In this document: positions 26,601-38,203 of the stretch, one piece after another | Layout: every line of letters begins with the position of its first letter | How positions within the stretch are numbered: the first letter of the stretch is position 1 | Source of the DNA: Phoronis australis | Lineage: Eukaryota; Animalia; Phoronida | Reading direction: 5' to 3' | Assembly (NCBI GenBank): GCA_002633005.1 | Contig: NMRA01000366.1 | Coordinates: 198,319-262,318, forward strand | Length of the DNA: 64,000 bases | Program-made: the position numbers and the translations under genes | The notes under the pieces: model-generated | Seen by the model: the letters and a program-made list of their open reading frames with translations, nothing else | What the model was told of the DNA's origin: nothing | Database searches by the model: none

Positions 26601-28084
26601 TGAGGGATGGCTTAACTAGCTAATCAGAACGCAACATTCTAGGCACACCTTCGTTTCCAAGCCGCCATTTTACCCAACAAACAACACGTTGCTGGGTAAA
26701 ACTTATTGTTTGCTTGGCGACATTTCGCAAGGGGTGGAGCTTACAATAGGTCGATTGAATGGCTAGGCTGTTACGTTGATTTATGGATGAAAACCCGTAA
26801 TATTCATTATTCAAGAAAATAATTCTTACCACTACTTACAGAGCCTCGCTGCCTCGATTTTGGGGATGAATATTTAAAAATCACACAAAATTCCCATCAC
26901 CAGGCTCAAAAATTCCACACAAATGATAAAAAATAAAGGTTATTCACTTCTGCAAAACATTAGTTATGGCATCTTGAGCTACTGCTGATGAGGGGTGGCA
27001 GCTGGGGAGTGGATTTGGTCATGACGGAAATTTTCCCCTCAACCAAAAAGTTGCCCTCTCAAAAAGCACAGGCACCTTTCTCCTTAGGTAAGCAAGGGCG
27101 TTGACTCAGCTATAAAAACATGTTCAAGATATTAATAAAAAGCATGGCATTAAGAAGTTTTTCACATATGAAGGGTATGAATTATTTTTTCACAAGCAAT
27201 AAATACGGAATGAGTTCTATAATTAGGCTACTGCACTTTAATGTATAAACACTTACTCTGAGCTGAACTTTGACACAGCCAGCCAAGGATGTACTTGTGA
27301 AGTTTATGTTGTAAAAGTCAATGCAAAGACTCAAGAAGGGCTTCAAATACGGAACGTTAAAGCATATAGGTGGAGGATTGCGAACTGAAACATAGAAAAC
27401 GGCGCAAATTTACACGCTAGGCAGATTGGCAATATCTGTTGCTATCAAATTGAAACATTTACCATTCGCAGGTGTGTTACAGTACCTCAAAATTTAGAGA
27501 AACTAAAATGACATTTGGGTAAGGTCACGCTAAGGGGTACAATCACAGTGATGTCAAAAACATGATAATTTATGCCCGTTTCTGTGGTTATTAAGCGGTG
27601 AACACAGTTTTATTATAAAGTTAATATGTTGAAGAGATAACAGAGATAATTTCATGTGGTAATCTTTTAGACTTTTTACAGAATTCACAGTTTGATCTCA
27701 AAAACGAGCAAATTTTCGCACTTGAAAGTGTGACATTCGTAACCGGCCATTTTCGAACGAAGTTAAAATCCTTAAATAAGGCTGAAATTCTTGTCTGTTT
27801 ATTTTAAATCTTTAAAGCAGTGAATAAAATAGCTAATATTTATTTCAGATCTTTCCATTACACAGTATAATTAGCCAAATTAATTACTTACAAATGCGAT
27901 AACGGGCGTGACGCATTCCGTCAAACCCAAGGACGAACTTCAGACGGATGTTTTCCCATATTGCAGACGACCTGTGATTTCAAACTGGTTCTCAAAAGCA
28001 AATTTAAGCAAAACCTGAAATGCCAGGACCAGTTTGTTCGAAGCGCGCAATGATTTTGTTTAACAAATGCTTCGTTTAAAAGCA

Positions 28085-28765
28085 CCTCTGTGAATTCCGT
28101 CAAGCAATCACGACCGTTATCGCCTTCTAAAATTGAACATCTTTCGAAGTATACAACTTCACTAAGCCAGACAACAGATACATTTTGTCTGTCAGCACGT
28201 GCGATCTATTTTGAGCTGTCAATTTTTAGTGCTGGATGTAAACAAAAGCCCTGAACCACGAGGTTAGTGAATTCCGTCAAACAATTTGGCACGTCACGAC
28301 CGTTATCGAAAGCCAGGCCCCAACATTTGATCGGCAAATTATGTAGATATAATTGATTGTTTATATCGTCAAATTCAAGACACATGAATCACGGTAAAAC
28401 ACGTGTAAGTAGGCAAGTGTTATTTTCGTTTTCAAGCGTGCGCGACTACAAAACGAGGACGAACTGATAACGGCCGTGACGTTGGACAACATTGCCGCGT
28501 AAAATCGTGCGTCAAAAGTCACGACCGTTATTGAGTATAATGGCAATCGTCACGACCTCAATATCTGTAAAAATGCTGTTGAAAATCGTCACGTGTGTGT
28601 TATAACTTGTATTTTTGACGGAGTCATTTCGTAAATCCGCAATGCCGTGATTTTGCGTTAAAAATAGTTCCGATATATGTGCCATGGTTTTCGTTATAAC
28701 GGTCGTGATTTGGACGTAATACCCACGAAGCACGAAAACTTCGGTCGCTAATAGTCACCCTCAAC
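28085..28765. repeat. Cluster of subterminal-type motifs (CACGACCGTTAT, GTGAATTCCGTCAA), probable DNA-transposon end
   Basis: CACGACCGTTAT at ~28109, 28296 and 28520, and inverted at ~28695; related CACAGCCGTTATC at 30390-30610. Confidence 0.4.
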
Positions 28766-31700
28766 TCCTGCTGACTACTTACAGTTGACGAATTGAAAGA
28801 AAAACCGCAGATCTAGCAATGGGTGGTCCACTGCTAATCAGCACTATGTCTATACCACAAAGTGAGGCTTCCAGACCTTTGTGAAATCGGTACTTTTGGC
28901 CAATATAAGGGGGTGTGTGACCAGGGGGTAGCCCAGTGGGTGGTGTCGACTGTTGGAATTAAAAACACCCGGGGGGTGGGGTGACGGGGGTAGACATACT
29001 GTGAGCCATCTAGACCAGGGATCAGTGGCGATGGGGGGGGGGGGCTGGACATTCCCATCCAGGGATCAGCGGCGAGGGGGGATGTGGGGAAGGGAAAGTT
29101 GGTTGAACTTGGTGACAAAACAATGAACTAATTTATGCTCAATCACCCTTCTTCAAACAGGCAGACACGGACACCTTTCTCAGACAAGTGAGAGCCTTTG
29201 ATACCTGATTTTTTCAAAATTTCCATCCCGCTCAGGTGTTACTGAGTCGTTATCCATTACTTACGCAGTGGTGATGCCAACACTTCAAAATAACACAATT
29301 TTTAATTTGTTTCTCTGAGTTTTTATTTAACTCACTTTGATGTTGGTTTTTATATTGTAAATGCCTCTTGAAGACCTGATTCGTGAAAAGTAACTAGTGT
29401 TCAGTACACAAACAGAGAAGTTGAAATTTTTTCTTAAAAGTAGCAATAGTTCCCCCATCCCCTTAATATGGTATTGAACAACAGTTAAAACTCGTCAGTG
29501 GGCTTTTTGCTCTGTCAGCAATGAATCGTGACACTACAATGTTGTGTCAGTATAATTCTCCTCTACTTTTTTATAAAATGAAACTTAAAGCATGCAGTGG
29601 GGCAAATACCAATGAAGGCGGACATTTAAGAGTTGCCTTAAACATGAGAAAGTACCTGAACTTTTGAAGGTGGATAAAGAAAGACATGAAAAAAGGATGC
29701 ATTTTAAAAGCAATTTTGTATTACAAAATATAAAATTTAATCAGTGAGATATGGACAGTGATCTTCATATAATCACTTTTTGTTTCCCCATGGATACTTG
29801 ATGGAAGAACGGATTTGTTCCTCCGAGTGACATTAGTCTGAAAAAAGAAAAGGACAGTTACAAAGAGCACAGCAGTTAATAAGAATCAGGATAGTTTATA
29901 CTCTTCAATCCAGTTCCATTCAAAAGATGCACCACTGAAGAATTTTGCTTCGATGCATCATATTATTCATCATTGCCGAAAAAAGACCGAGAAAAAGGAT
30001 GACATTGAGGAAAGCGATTTTGCTGCAGTTAAACTTCAAGCAAGGAAGATTAGACTACTATATACATTGTCATTGCTGTGGCAATCAACATTACCATAAA
30101 ATTAGTATAATTTTTGTAACCATTAATGATGAAAGCTAGTGCCTGTTTACTTGGAGTTGATGATGAGATTCTCCTTATGATCATGATTAAATGTGGTGAA
30201 AATGAGCTACAGACCAACAGCAAGAATACCTGAGCTACTGAATGGAAGACAACAAATAAACTTCAAGGACCTCTCCCAAGGTGCCAGGAAACTGAAATCA
30301 CCAATTTATTTTAAATGAAAATGTTGGACAATATAACATTCTACTCATACTATTGTGTAACTGACATGGTTAACTGGCTTTGTCAACCATCACAGCCGTT
30401 ATCACAGATATGTCAAAATGTCCAGTCACAACCGTTATCATTTTGTCTTTTATTTCCCCACACCAGGTGATGTTTTGTGTTGTACTTAGTGTTTTTAGAA
30501 AGTTAAAGGTGTTATTATTGTGCATTGCACATGGCTTACGAGACAGAACAGTTTCGATGACAATTAAATAAACTTAAAATGTCCACTTTGGGCATCACAG
30601 CCGTTATCATACTCTGCATTGATATTTTTTAATTTTTGTAGTATATATTGATATATTCATTGATAAAATCCAGAACTACTGTATGTGAACTATCTTAATT
30701 CTGTATAATTTNCATTTGGAGAGCTGCAGGTCATCCATGGTATCTTAGATTGGGTTTGGTGACCACTGTGAGTATCAAAAGTCAGACAATAATTCCCTCT
30801 AAATTCGTTGCATTAGGTTTGTGTTGATTTCCAAACTTTAAATTACTAATAGTTTTAATAGATTTATCACCTTTGATTACAATTATTCCATTTATTTCGC
30901 GAATTCGGAGCATTTCCCACCATGTTAAAATTAATACAGGAAGAAAAGACAAAAGCCGGAATTATTCGGCAAAAATGTGGCAATATTCGCACTACCATGC
31001 GGTCATCTGTGTTCCATGCCTCATTCGTCAGTCGTCGATCAGAGGACTAATAACGGAGATAGTGGATTAAGAAATGAATGTACGTAGATTTATCGGCAAA
31101 AGTTGGAAGGGAATGGGTCGTCCGACGTTTTTTTTTTTGGTCGACGAACGTTTATGTCAAGTAGGGATTTCAGAATTTAGCGCGGGAAATTTTCTTTAGT
31201 TTTGGCGACCTCAGACTTCGTTTGGCGACTTCAGATTTTGTTCAGGTCGCCAAATTCTAAGCGTCGAGCGCTGATAAACATTAAGAAATAAAAGCTTCAT
31301 TTCAACCTTCAGAGGTTACCAACACAGGAGGTTTCCAAGAGGTATGAGTAAGGCAAGGCTGGATTTGTCATGTCAACATTTCCCAAACAGAACTTGCCAT
31401 TTACGGGTTGAATTCCCCATAAAAGATTCATTCCAATTCTACAGATGACATGACATGTTCTACATAACATACCACAGACTGATAGTGAGCCCCATGGTGT
31501 ATGTCCACGAAATGACATAATTTAACCTTTCAACTAGCCCACATACATAAACCGCAGTGTAACTTTGGAAACAGAGGGCATACAAATGAAACTTGATGTA
31601 GAATAATAATTATGTGCAGTTACGGGAGGTTATGGAACAAATGGTGGCGCTAGTTTATGGTATCAATGGCATCGCTGGATTTATCTTTAGACAAGCTAAA

Positions 31701-31896
31701 ACACGCAGAAAAAAGATACTGTTCCAAAAATTGTTTATTCGTTGAACCTCATTCACATCATTCGTTTTGGGAAAAAGGAAAAATTGCAGATTTTTAATAA
31801 AAACGCTGGAAGTAGGCCTATGGAACCTTTGGCTTGGGTAGCAAAATTATAGAATTTTCAGCTGACCATTTGAATGTCTTTTATCAACTTCAACTN

Positions 31897-32143
31897 TGAC
31901 AAAAATCTCAGCTCGCATTTCCAAATTTCAGGTCGCAAATGCGACCTGCAGCTCGTTATGTCGAGCCCTGATAGTTGCTTTATATTTGCCAGGTAGCTGC
32001 CGAGAAGTGTAAAAACTCAGCTCGCATTCGTTGGAAATTCCAGGTCGCATTTTGCGACTTGATACGAGCTGACAAAAATCTCAGCTAGCATTTCCAAATT
32101 TCAGGTCACAAATGCGACCTGCAGCTCGTTATGTCGAGCCCTG
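31897..32143. mobile_element. Duplicated right end of a CAGGGCTCGAC-type (hAT-like) element
   Basis: A ~73-bp block ending GTTATGTCGAGCCCTG is present twice (31897-31970, 32070-32143); a related end lies at ~31200-31273. Confidence 0.5.
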
Positions 32144-32145
32144 CA

Positions 32146-32483
32146 CAGGCACTGCCACAGCTGACTAGTCAGGAGACGGTGACGGTGTTGCTCGTATAGG
32201 AACTTCATACGCCAGAACCATTTCTGCAAATTATGCCTCACACTGACTAAAACATCATAGTCACATTGTTCTAGATACCTTTTGCGCATAGAGAGACTCT
32301 TAGGCTTAGCCCAGGGCTAGGATGGCGTCGGGATGTATTTAATTCCTTCCTTCCAGAAATACACCCGTTATCAAGCTTTCTTCGAGCAGTCCCTCGCTCA
32401 GTTCCCAAAATCGGTAACTTGCGATTTTTACACTGCACACACCAGGGGATATGGCGTCATACAACCTACTGCATGCAGCGTTA
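32146..32483 (-). mobile_element. Repeat family B, copy 1
   Basis: Its reverse complement shares GATTTTGGGAACTGA, GACTGCTCGAAG, TATGCGCAAAAGG and GTCAGTGTGAGGCATAATT with 36100-36368, 36476-36858 and 63787-64000. Confidence 0.75.
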
Positions 32484-33286
32484 AAAATAGGGAGAACAGC
32501 ATTTTTTAAAGGTTTTAGAAAATGTGCAAATACATCACGAGAAAGCTCTCCATGAGACTAAGAGTAGAGAATGGTGCAAAAAAGTTTTAAATTGGACATG
32601 CGGTTCTGGTGACTGTCNTTTATGATAAATAATTTGCAAAAAATTATTTCGATTGGAAATTCCTAGGCGAAGATATTGACCTTAAAGTCCCCAAAACGAA
32701 CAACGAAAAGTCAATTCATACAATTTTGCCATTTCAAATTGGCATAAAATAGCAACAACTCAAGAGGAAAAACAAATAAGTTATCATTTTAAAAAAATTT
32801 CATTGGGAAAGTTGAAATCTGATAATTGCTTGGAAAAATTATTGAGTATTATTTTGTGATTTTTTGTTATCATGCTGTTTTTGCGGCTGACGTAACTGAG
32901 ACAAAATCTATTACATTAAATAAAAGTTAAAACAGTCATAATTTCAAAAATGTATTGATGACAAGTATGATGAATAGAACATTTTAACAGAAGCTACTGG
33001 TAATTCTGATGGCATAATACATCGAATTTAAACATAAACTTTCCACAACAATGCACTATAAAAACGAAGACCTCGTCTTGAGCCATCCAGGAAAGTTCAT
33101 GCTATGCAAATGACAACTGCAGTATTTATTTCCTGAAGTTGTCTTTAGTGACATGAAGAGAAAAAGGAATGTATGGAATGTATGATGGACAGATAAATAA
33201 AGCTCTAAAGGCATCCTGACGGAATGACGGCCAAACCCTTTCACTGACTATCGTAAGTCAGTGGAGTACATGTACACAAGATGGAG

Positions 33287-33774
33287 TTACTCCAGCACTT
33301 TGAGGTCCCCTTGACCAAAGTCGTCCTTCAGCCGAAAGGTGTAGACGGTCTCATCTTTGACGTAGTGGTTATCGAACCAAGATGGATATCCAGGGACCTG
33401 AAAGAATACTATGATTTATAATTGATTTGTTGTTACGATGTATAGGCATTATTTAAAGTATTATGTGAAAATGTTACCACTACTTGGAAATTATGTAAAA
33501 CATTTCAACAAACAAAGCTGACATAATGCTATTAAACGTAAAGGCCGTGAAACAAAAAAAGAAATAGCTAGGTGTTTTTTGTCAGTATACGAAAATCAAG
33601 AGCATGTTGCTCTTTAGATGCTGCAATTTTATAAATAATCACTACCACAGCTTGTTACTTACTAACCTGAGAAATTATAAAGCCACAATTCCCAACCTGA
33701 TCATCACATTCAGCAAACTTGTGATGAACATTCTTGCCAACTAGGAAGTTCGATATTGTTGGCTGGACTGCTGA
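33287..33774 (-). CDS. Two-exon Spindlin-like (Spin/Ssty, Tudor-fold) module; C-terminal fragment of an unknown gene or transposon relic
   Basis: Exons 33774-33667 and 33397-33287 (intron GTTAGT...TTTCAG, phase 0) read SAVQPTISNFLVGKNVHHKFAECDDQVGNCGFIISQ|VPGYPSWFDNHYVKDETVYTFRLKDDFGQGDLKVLE*. This resembles the Spindlin repeat 2 pattern IGKxVEHxF...G.VL..P....WF.I.YEKD..LY.Y.LLDDYKEGDLRI. Confidence 0.6.
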
Positions 33775-34174
33775 CTGCAAGTAGAATCAGTAGAAGCAGG
33801 AAAGAAGAGCCATCTGGACCAAGAGCTACAAGCAGTGTCTGATGAGACAGAAATGTTAGACACGATGTTGATAGTAAACTGATAAATAAGAGTGAAATTA
33901 TCAGAACAGCAATAAAGAAGAAAATAACAATTGGTTTGGTCCACAACCGCTTTCAACAAAGGTTACCTGGAAGATATAGGCCTGGGTGAGATGTATGAAC
34001 AAGCTAGACAAACCTCAATTGTTTTGTTAACTACTTCGTCAAAAATAAGTTTATCAAAAGCATATAGCCATAAGTTTTCATGGACGTGGAACACATGTTT
34101 TGATTCATAACACAGGACTGGAATAGAACTGTACAGTTGTTATATTTGTTTACTCTAAATTTAAAATGTTTTCA

Positions 34175-35265
34175 TTTTTATGCGCCCACATATTTATATG
34201 TGGACGCATTATGCCGTCATCTCTGTCCGTCCGTCCGGGCGGCGTCCGTCCGGCGTCCGCTGCTCTATCTCCAAAACCCTTTGACATACGTTCATGAAAT
34301 TTGGCACAAATGTTCCATTCATGAATGGGACGGCATGTGCGAACTTTCAGACGTACCCGACTACCGGTGTGCCCCCTAGTGGCAATTTTAGTTTTTTACG
34401 CTTACCTTTGTATCTTCAAAAGTCCTGAACGGATTTTCATGAAATTTGGTATGTAGGCATCTATTAGTGAGATGACGCTATCCTGCCGTTTTCAGATGGA
34501 TTCGACATAGTTTGCGCCACCTAGTGGCCATTTTTACTGTTTTCGAGTCTGTATTTTTGCGTCCACCCCTCTATCAACCAAACCGCTCAAAGGATGATTG
34601 TGAAAATTGGCGTGTATGTGCTTAGTATAAGGAAGACAGCTGACAATGATTTTTAGACGATTTGGACTACTGTGGCGCCTCCTAGTGGCAGTTTTGTTTT
34701 TTTTTTCGCCGATGGCTGTATCTCCCAAACCGTTTGCAGGATCTTAATTACTAAATTGAGCAAGTGTATTTATGTGATGTTGGCAATGGACGATGACGAC
34801 TTTAGGATTATTCTGACTACCGGTATGCCTCTAGTGGCAATTTTAGTATTTGCCTCTAGTGGCAATTTTAGTATTTTACATTGACCTCTGTATTTTCATA
34901 GGTCTTCAGGTGTATACTTTGTGTTACTTTGTGACTATGAAGGAAAAGTTCCAAGTGGAAATTTGTTTCAGGCATTCTAATGCTGTGCTAATCTCGTATG
35001 TTTGTTGGTAAATTTGTTTTTAATTCAATGTTTCTGTGGTGCTTTAAGCAACTGGTGTATTGGATGTGCTTGTATTATGAAGATTACTCACATTTTGCCC
35101 CTAGCCTATTGAGGAGACAATGACCATGCCTTTCCATTTTGTTAAGTACAACATACTACATATATGCCCTCTACTGGCCACTTTATGGTACCAAAAAACA
35201 ACCCTAGAAGGATACCGTATGCGGTGCAATTGTGGGCGCATTTCAACGCTGTGCGTTGCTCTTGT
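34175..35265 (+). mobile_element. Helentron-type non-autonomous element (HINE/DINE-1-like), copy 1
   Basis: TTTT, 5' hairpin ATGCGCCCACATAT..ATATGTGGACGCAT, (GTCC)n microsatellite, ~150-bp tandem monomers, 3' subTIR TGTGGGCGCAT and terminal hairpin CAACGC-TGT-GCGTTG followed by CTCTTGT. Confidence 0.85.
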
Positions 35266-36099
35266 CTATCTTGACATATGCTAGTTAAACTGTCTTGGCC
35301 ACAGGCAAAGTAGAGGGTGTGGCCCTGTCTGGGAACAAGCCAACCCAGGTCTCAGACAGCTGGCCGTGTGAGGCAAAAATAGGAAAGAAAATACATTAAA
35401 CATGGGAATCCTTGTTCTCACAACGAGAAATTATTTTATAGTTCTATTTTACATTGAGTTTATATTGGGAAAATTTGAAGTGCTTCAGTGTGTGACCCAA
35501 ACAGTCAACACGATTCGCAGAACCCTTAGCGGCAGTATCTGGAACTACAAAGTGGGTCAGAAATATGCCAAATTGTCAGAAATCGACGAAGAGCCTCTTT
35601 GCAACAAGTGTTTGTAATAGTTCATTAATGCACTCTTCAGTGCGGAATACATTCATTATGTGCACAAATTAGGAAATATTATTAGCAATAAATTCACATC
35701 AAAGTTGAAGGAACAGGCGACTTTTTTGCAGAAAAGTGAAAACTACTTGATACGTAATCGTGTGCGCATGCATTTGTTCTTGACTATAGACACGAGTTTC
35801 ACGTCAAAATTCAAGAATTTTGTCTTCTGAGTTGAAAATCAAATAGCTGTAATTTTGTTTTTGCCGCCTGCAATGTTGCTCAGAAATGTTGGTCACGTCA
35901 AAAAACTTGTGCAAAGTATTATTAAACAGATTTTGCAACAAAAAAGACTACCAGTTAAGTAAAACAACGTCTTATTTCATACTTTGGAATAACTTTTATT
36001 CACACTTGATGCATTTCTGAGTGATTTTTTTGCCAATTGTAATATGCAAAGTTTACACATTGACAGATATGCGATGTGATTCGTTAAAAATTGCTGTCA

Positions 36100-36368
36100 T
36101 CGTTGTATTAAAAAAGGCGAGTTTCCGATTTTGGGAACTGAACAATGGACTGCTCGAAGGAAAAAGTTTGATAATGGGAGTATTTCGTAGAGTCGGAAGG
36201 CATTGGATATATCGACGGCCTCCTAAGGTGTCCCCTTATGCGCAAAAGGTTTTCTAACAATGTGACTGATGTTTTAGTCAGTGTGAGGCATAATTCGCCA
36301 AAAAGCTTCCGTTGTTACTATAGGATCCACACCAGCTAGACAGTCTAGAGACGGTGGTCACAGTGTAA
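36100..36368 (+). mobile_element. Repeat family B, copy 2 (right end)
   Basis: Same conserved blocks; ends in AGAGACGGTGGTCACAGTGTA. Confidence 0.7.
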
Positions 36369-36475
36369 CAGCTAGACAGACTAACCGCTAGACAGTGACC
36401 ACCGTCTCTAGTCAGCTAGAGACGGTGGTCACAGTGTAACAGCTAGACAGACTAACAGCTAGACAGACTAACAGC

Positions 36476-36858
36476 TAGACAGTGACCATCGTCTCTACCT
36501 GGCCATTAGAGATGGTATAGGAGCCAAATAACACTGCGCACCGCAGGTAGTATGATGGCATATTCTCTGGCGAGCGCTGTGTAAAAATGGCAAGTTACCA
36601 ATTTTGGGAACTGAACGAGGGACTGCTCGAAGAAAAAGTTTGATAACAGGAGTATTTTTTCGAGTTAGAATCAATTAAAGATATCAACAGCCTCCTAGGG
36701 TGTCTATCTATGCAGAAAAGGTATTTATATTTATAACAACGTGACTTTAATGTTTTAATCAGTGTGAGGCATAATTCAGTGAAAAGATTTTGGCATATGA
36801 AGTTCCTATTGGAGCTCCACTGTCTACTGAACCAGTTAGAGATGGCGGTCACTGTGTA
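36476..36858 (+). mobile_element. Repeat family B, complete MITE with 21-bp imperfect TIRs
   Basis: TAGACAGTGACCATCGTCTCT ... AGAGATGGCGGTCACTGTGTA. The TA(G/C) termini are Academ-like, but the superfamily is uncertain. Confidence 0.65.
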
Positions 36859-37335
36859 GCATGCAGCTGGTGCCAGTACTGCCTATATAGACAGATTCCA
36901 TTACGGAAATTGCCGAATGCCTGGGGAGCGCCATATTGAGGTCACGCCATTAATGCCATGTCAGATAAACACTGGAGTGAGTAGTCTGTCTGTAAAGCAA
37001 ACCATCCCAGCTGCTGTGTCTGCTTGTGTTGTTTATTTGGAAGCAGATCAGCAGATTTGAAATCATTGATATTCCTGGTAAATGTTGATTTTTTTCATGC
37101 AATACATTTGACAGAAGAAATATTTGTAAATTACTAGATGTATACAATTACATAAATGTCAATAATAAAGTTAAAATTGTTGGACTGATATATAGAAAAA
37201 TAAAACATTACCGTCTAACTGATAATATACCATATTTCAAGGAGGTTTGAAATTTTTGTTTGAATCTTTTCAGAAGTGTTTACAAGTATACAAATAGAGC
37301 TGTTCAACTTTCACCTCCACTAAAAATTGTTTAAA

Positions 37336-37809
37336 ATGCCCAGTGGTAGTAACTGTGCTGTAACAGGCTGTCACAACAACTGGGTGAAATTGAAACGTTG
37401 GGAGACAGAAATTTGTGATGAACACCATGGTCAAATGCACAAAGACTGTCCATGTTTAAAACCTTACAAGTTACACAGAATGCCATCAGGTAAACACAAC
37501 AGTGAATTGAGACTACTGTGGCAAAAGTCCATTAACAGAGACAGATTACCAAAAAATGTCTTTGTTTGTTCCATTCATTTTGTGGATGGTGAGCCAACAG
37601 AAAGAAATCCAGTGCCTCAGCTAAACATGGGATATGCCAGAAAGGTAAAACCTGGTCGCAGGAAAGTTTTGAAGCTCACAAAATCAGCTACTACTGGTGA
37701 AGATGATGATGCACACGTATCTAAAAACACCCACATGGTCGAACATGTTGCATCTGAGACCAGTGAGACACTGCCTGATACTGCGGACAATTCGGAAACC
37801 CCATTCTAA
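37336..37809 (+). CDS. THAP-domain protein (truncated transposase N-terminus, 157 aa, ORF intact)
   Basis: CAVTGCHN ... LHRMP ... LWQKSINR ... VCSIHFVDG..NPVPQL is a C2CH THAP with an AVPT-like box. Possible 5'UTR intron at ~37078-37273. Confidence 0.8.
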   Translation: MPSGSNCAVTGCHNNWVKLKRWETEICDEHHGQMHKDCPCLKPYKLHRMPSGKHNSELRLLWQKSINRDRLPKNVFVCSIHFVDGEPTERNPVPQLNMGYARKVKPGRRKVLKLTKSATTGEDDDAHVSKNTHMVEHVASETSETLPDTADNSETPF

Positions 37810-38203
37810 CAGAGTGTTCAATTTTCCACAAGTCAGCACCAATGTGACTGCATGTCTTTCCTAATCCGGCCATACATTTGCAAGTGCCAGACAATATTTC
37901 ACCACTATTCAATGCTTTTATGCAGACTGAGTTCCACTCATTATTGATGTTCTGAGATGGTCTGACATTTCACTTGATAACCACGGTGTCCTTGTCCAAA
38001 TTACGGTGTAAAATCTTATCAGCGCATCCACTCTGGGAGTAATTGAATGATTCTAGGCTTTTAAAGTTTTTCATCGACTGTCCATCAACTGCTTTTGATT
38101 CTACCAAATAATTGTAAATGTCACCATACATAACATTTGGCCACTCAGGAATATAGTCTTTCCATGATGAAATGCCCTTAAATTCCAATGTTGTAGATGC
38201 CAT
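37798..38203 (-). pseudogene. ISL2EU accessory ORF N-terminus with SWIM zinc finger, one in-frame stop
   Basis: WPNVMYGDIYNYLV...FKSLESFNY...VVIK*NVRPSQ...GTCKCMAGLGKTCSHIGADLWKIE (CxCx7CxH). ORF-track entries 37970-38203 and 37721-37912 are one frame split by TGA at 37970-72. Confidence 0.8.

Noticed and set aside
29700-30250. Possible decayed transposase C-terminus (DDIEESDFAAVKL...YYI)
   Set aside because: Too fragmented by stops and frameshifts to support a call without a search.
36840-36858. CACAGTG (RSS/Transib heptamer) in a family B terminus
   Set aside because: Not conserved in the other termini (GACAGTG, CACTGTG, GGCAATG); no nonamer or 5-bp TSD.
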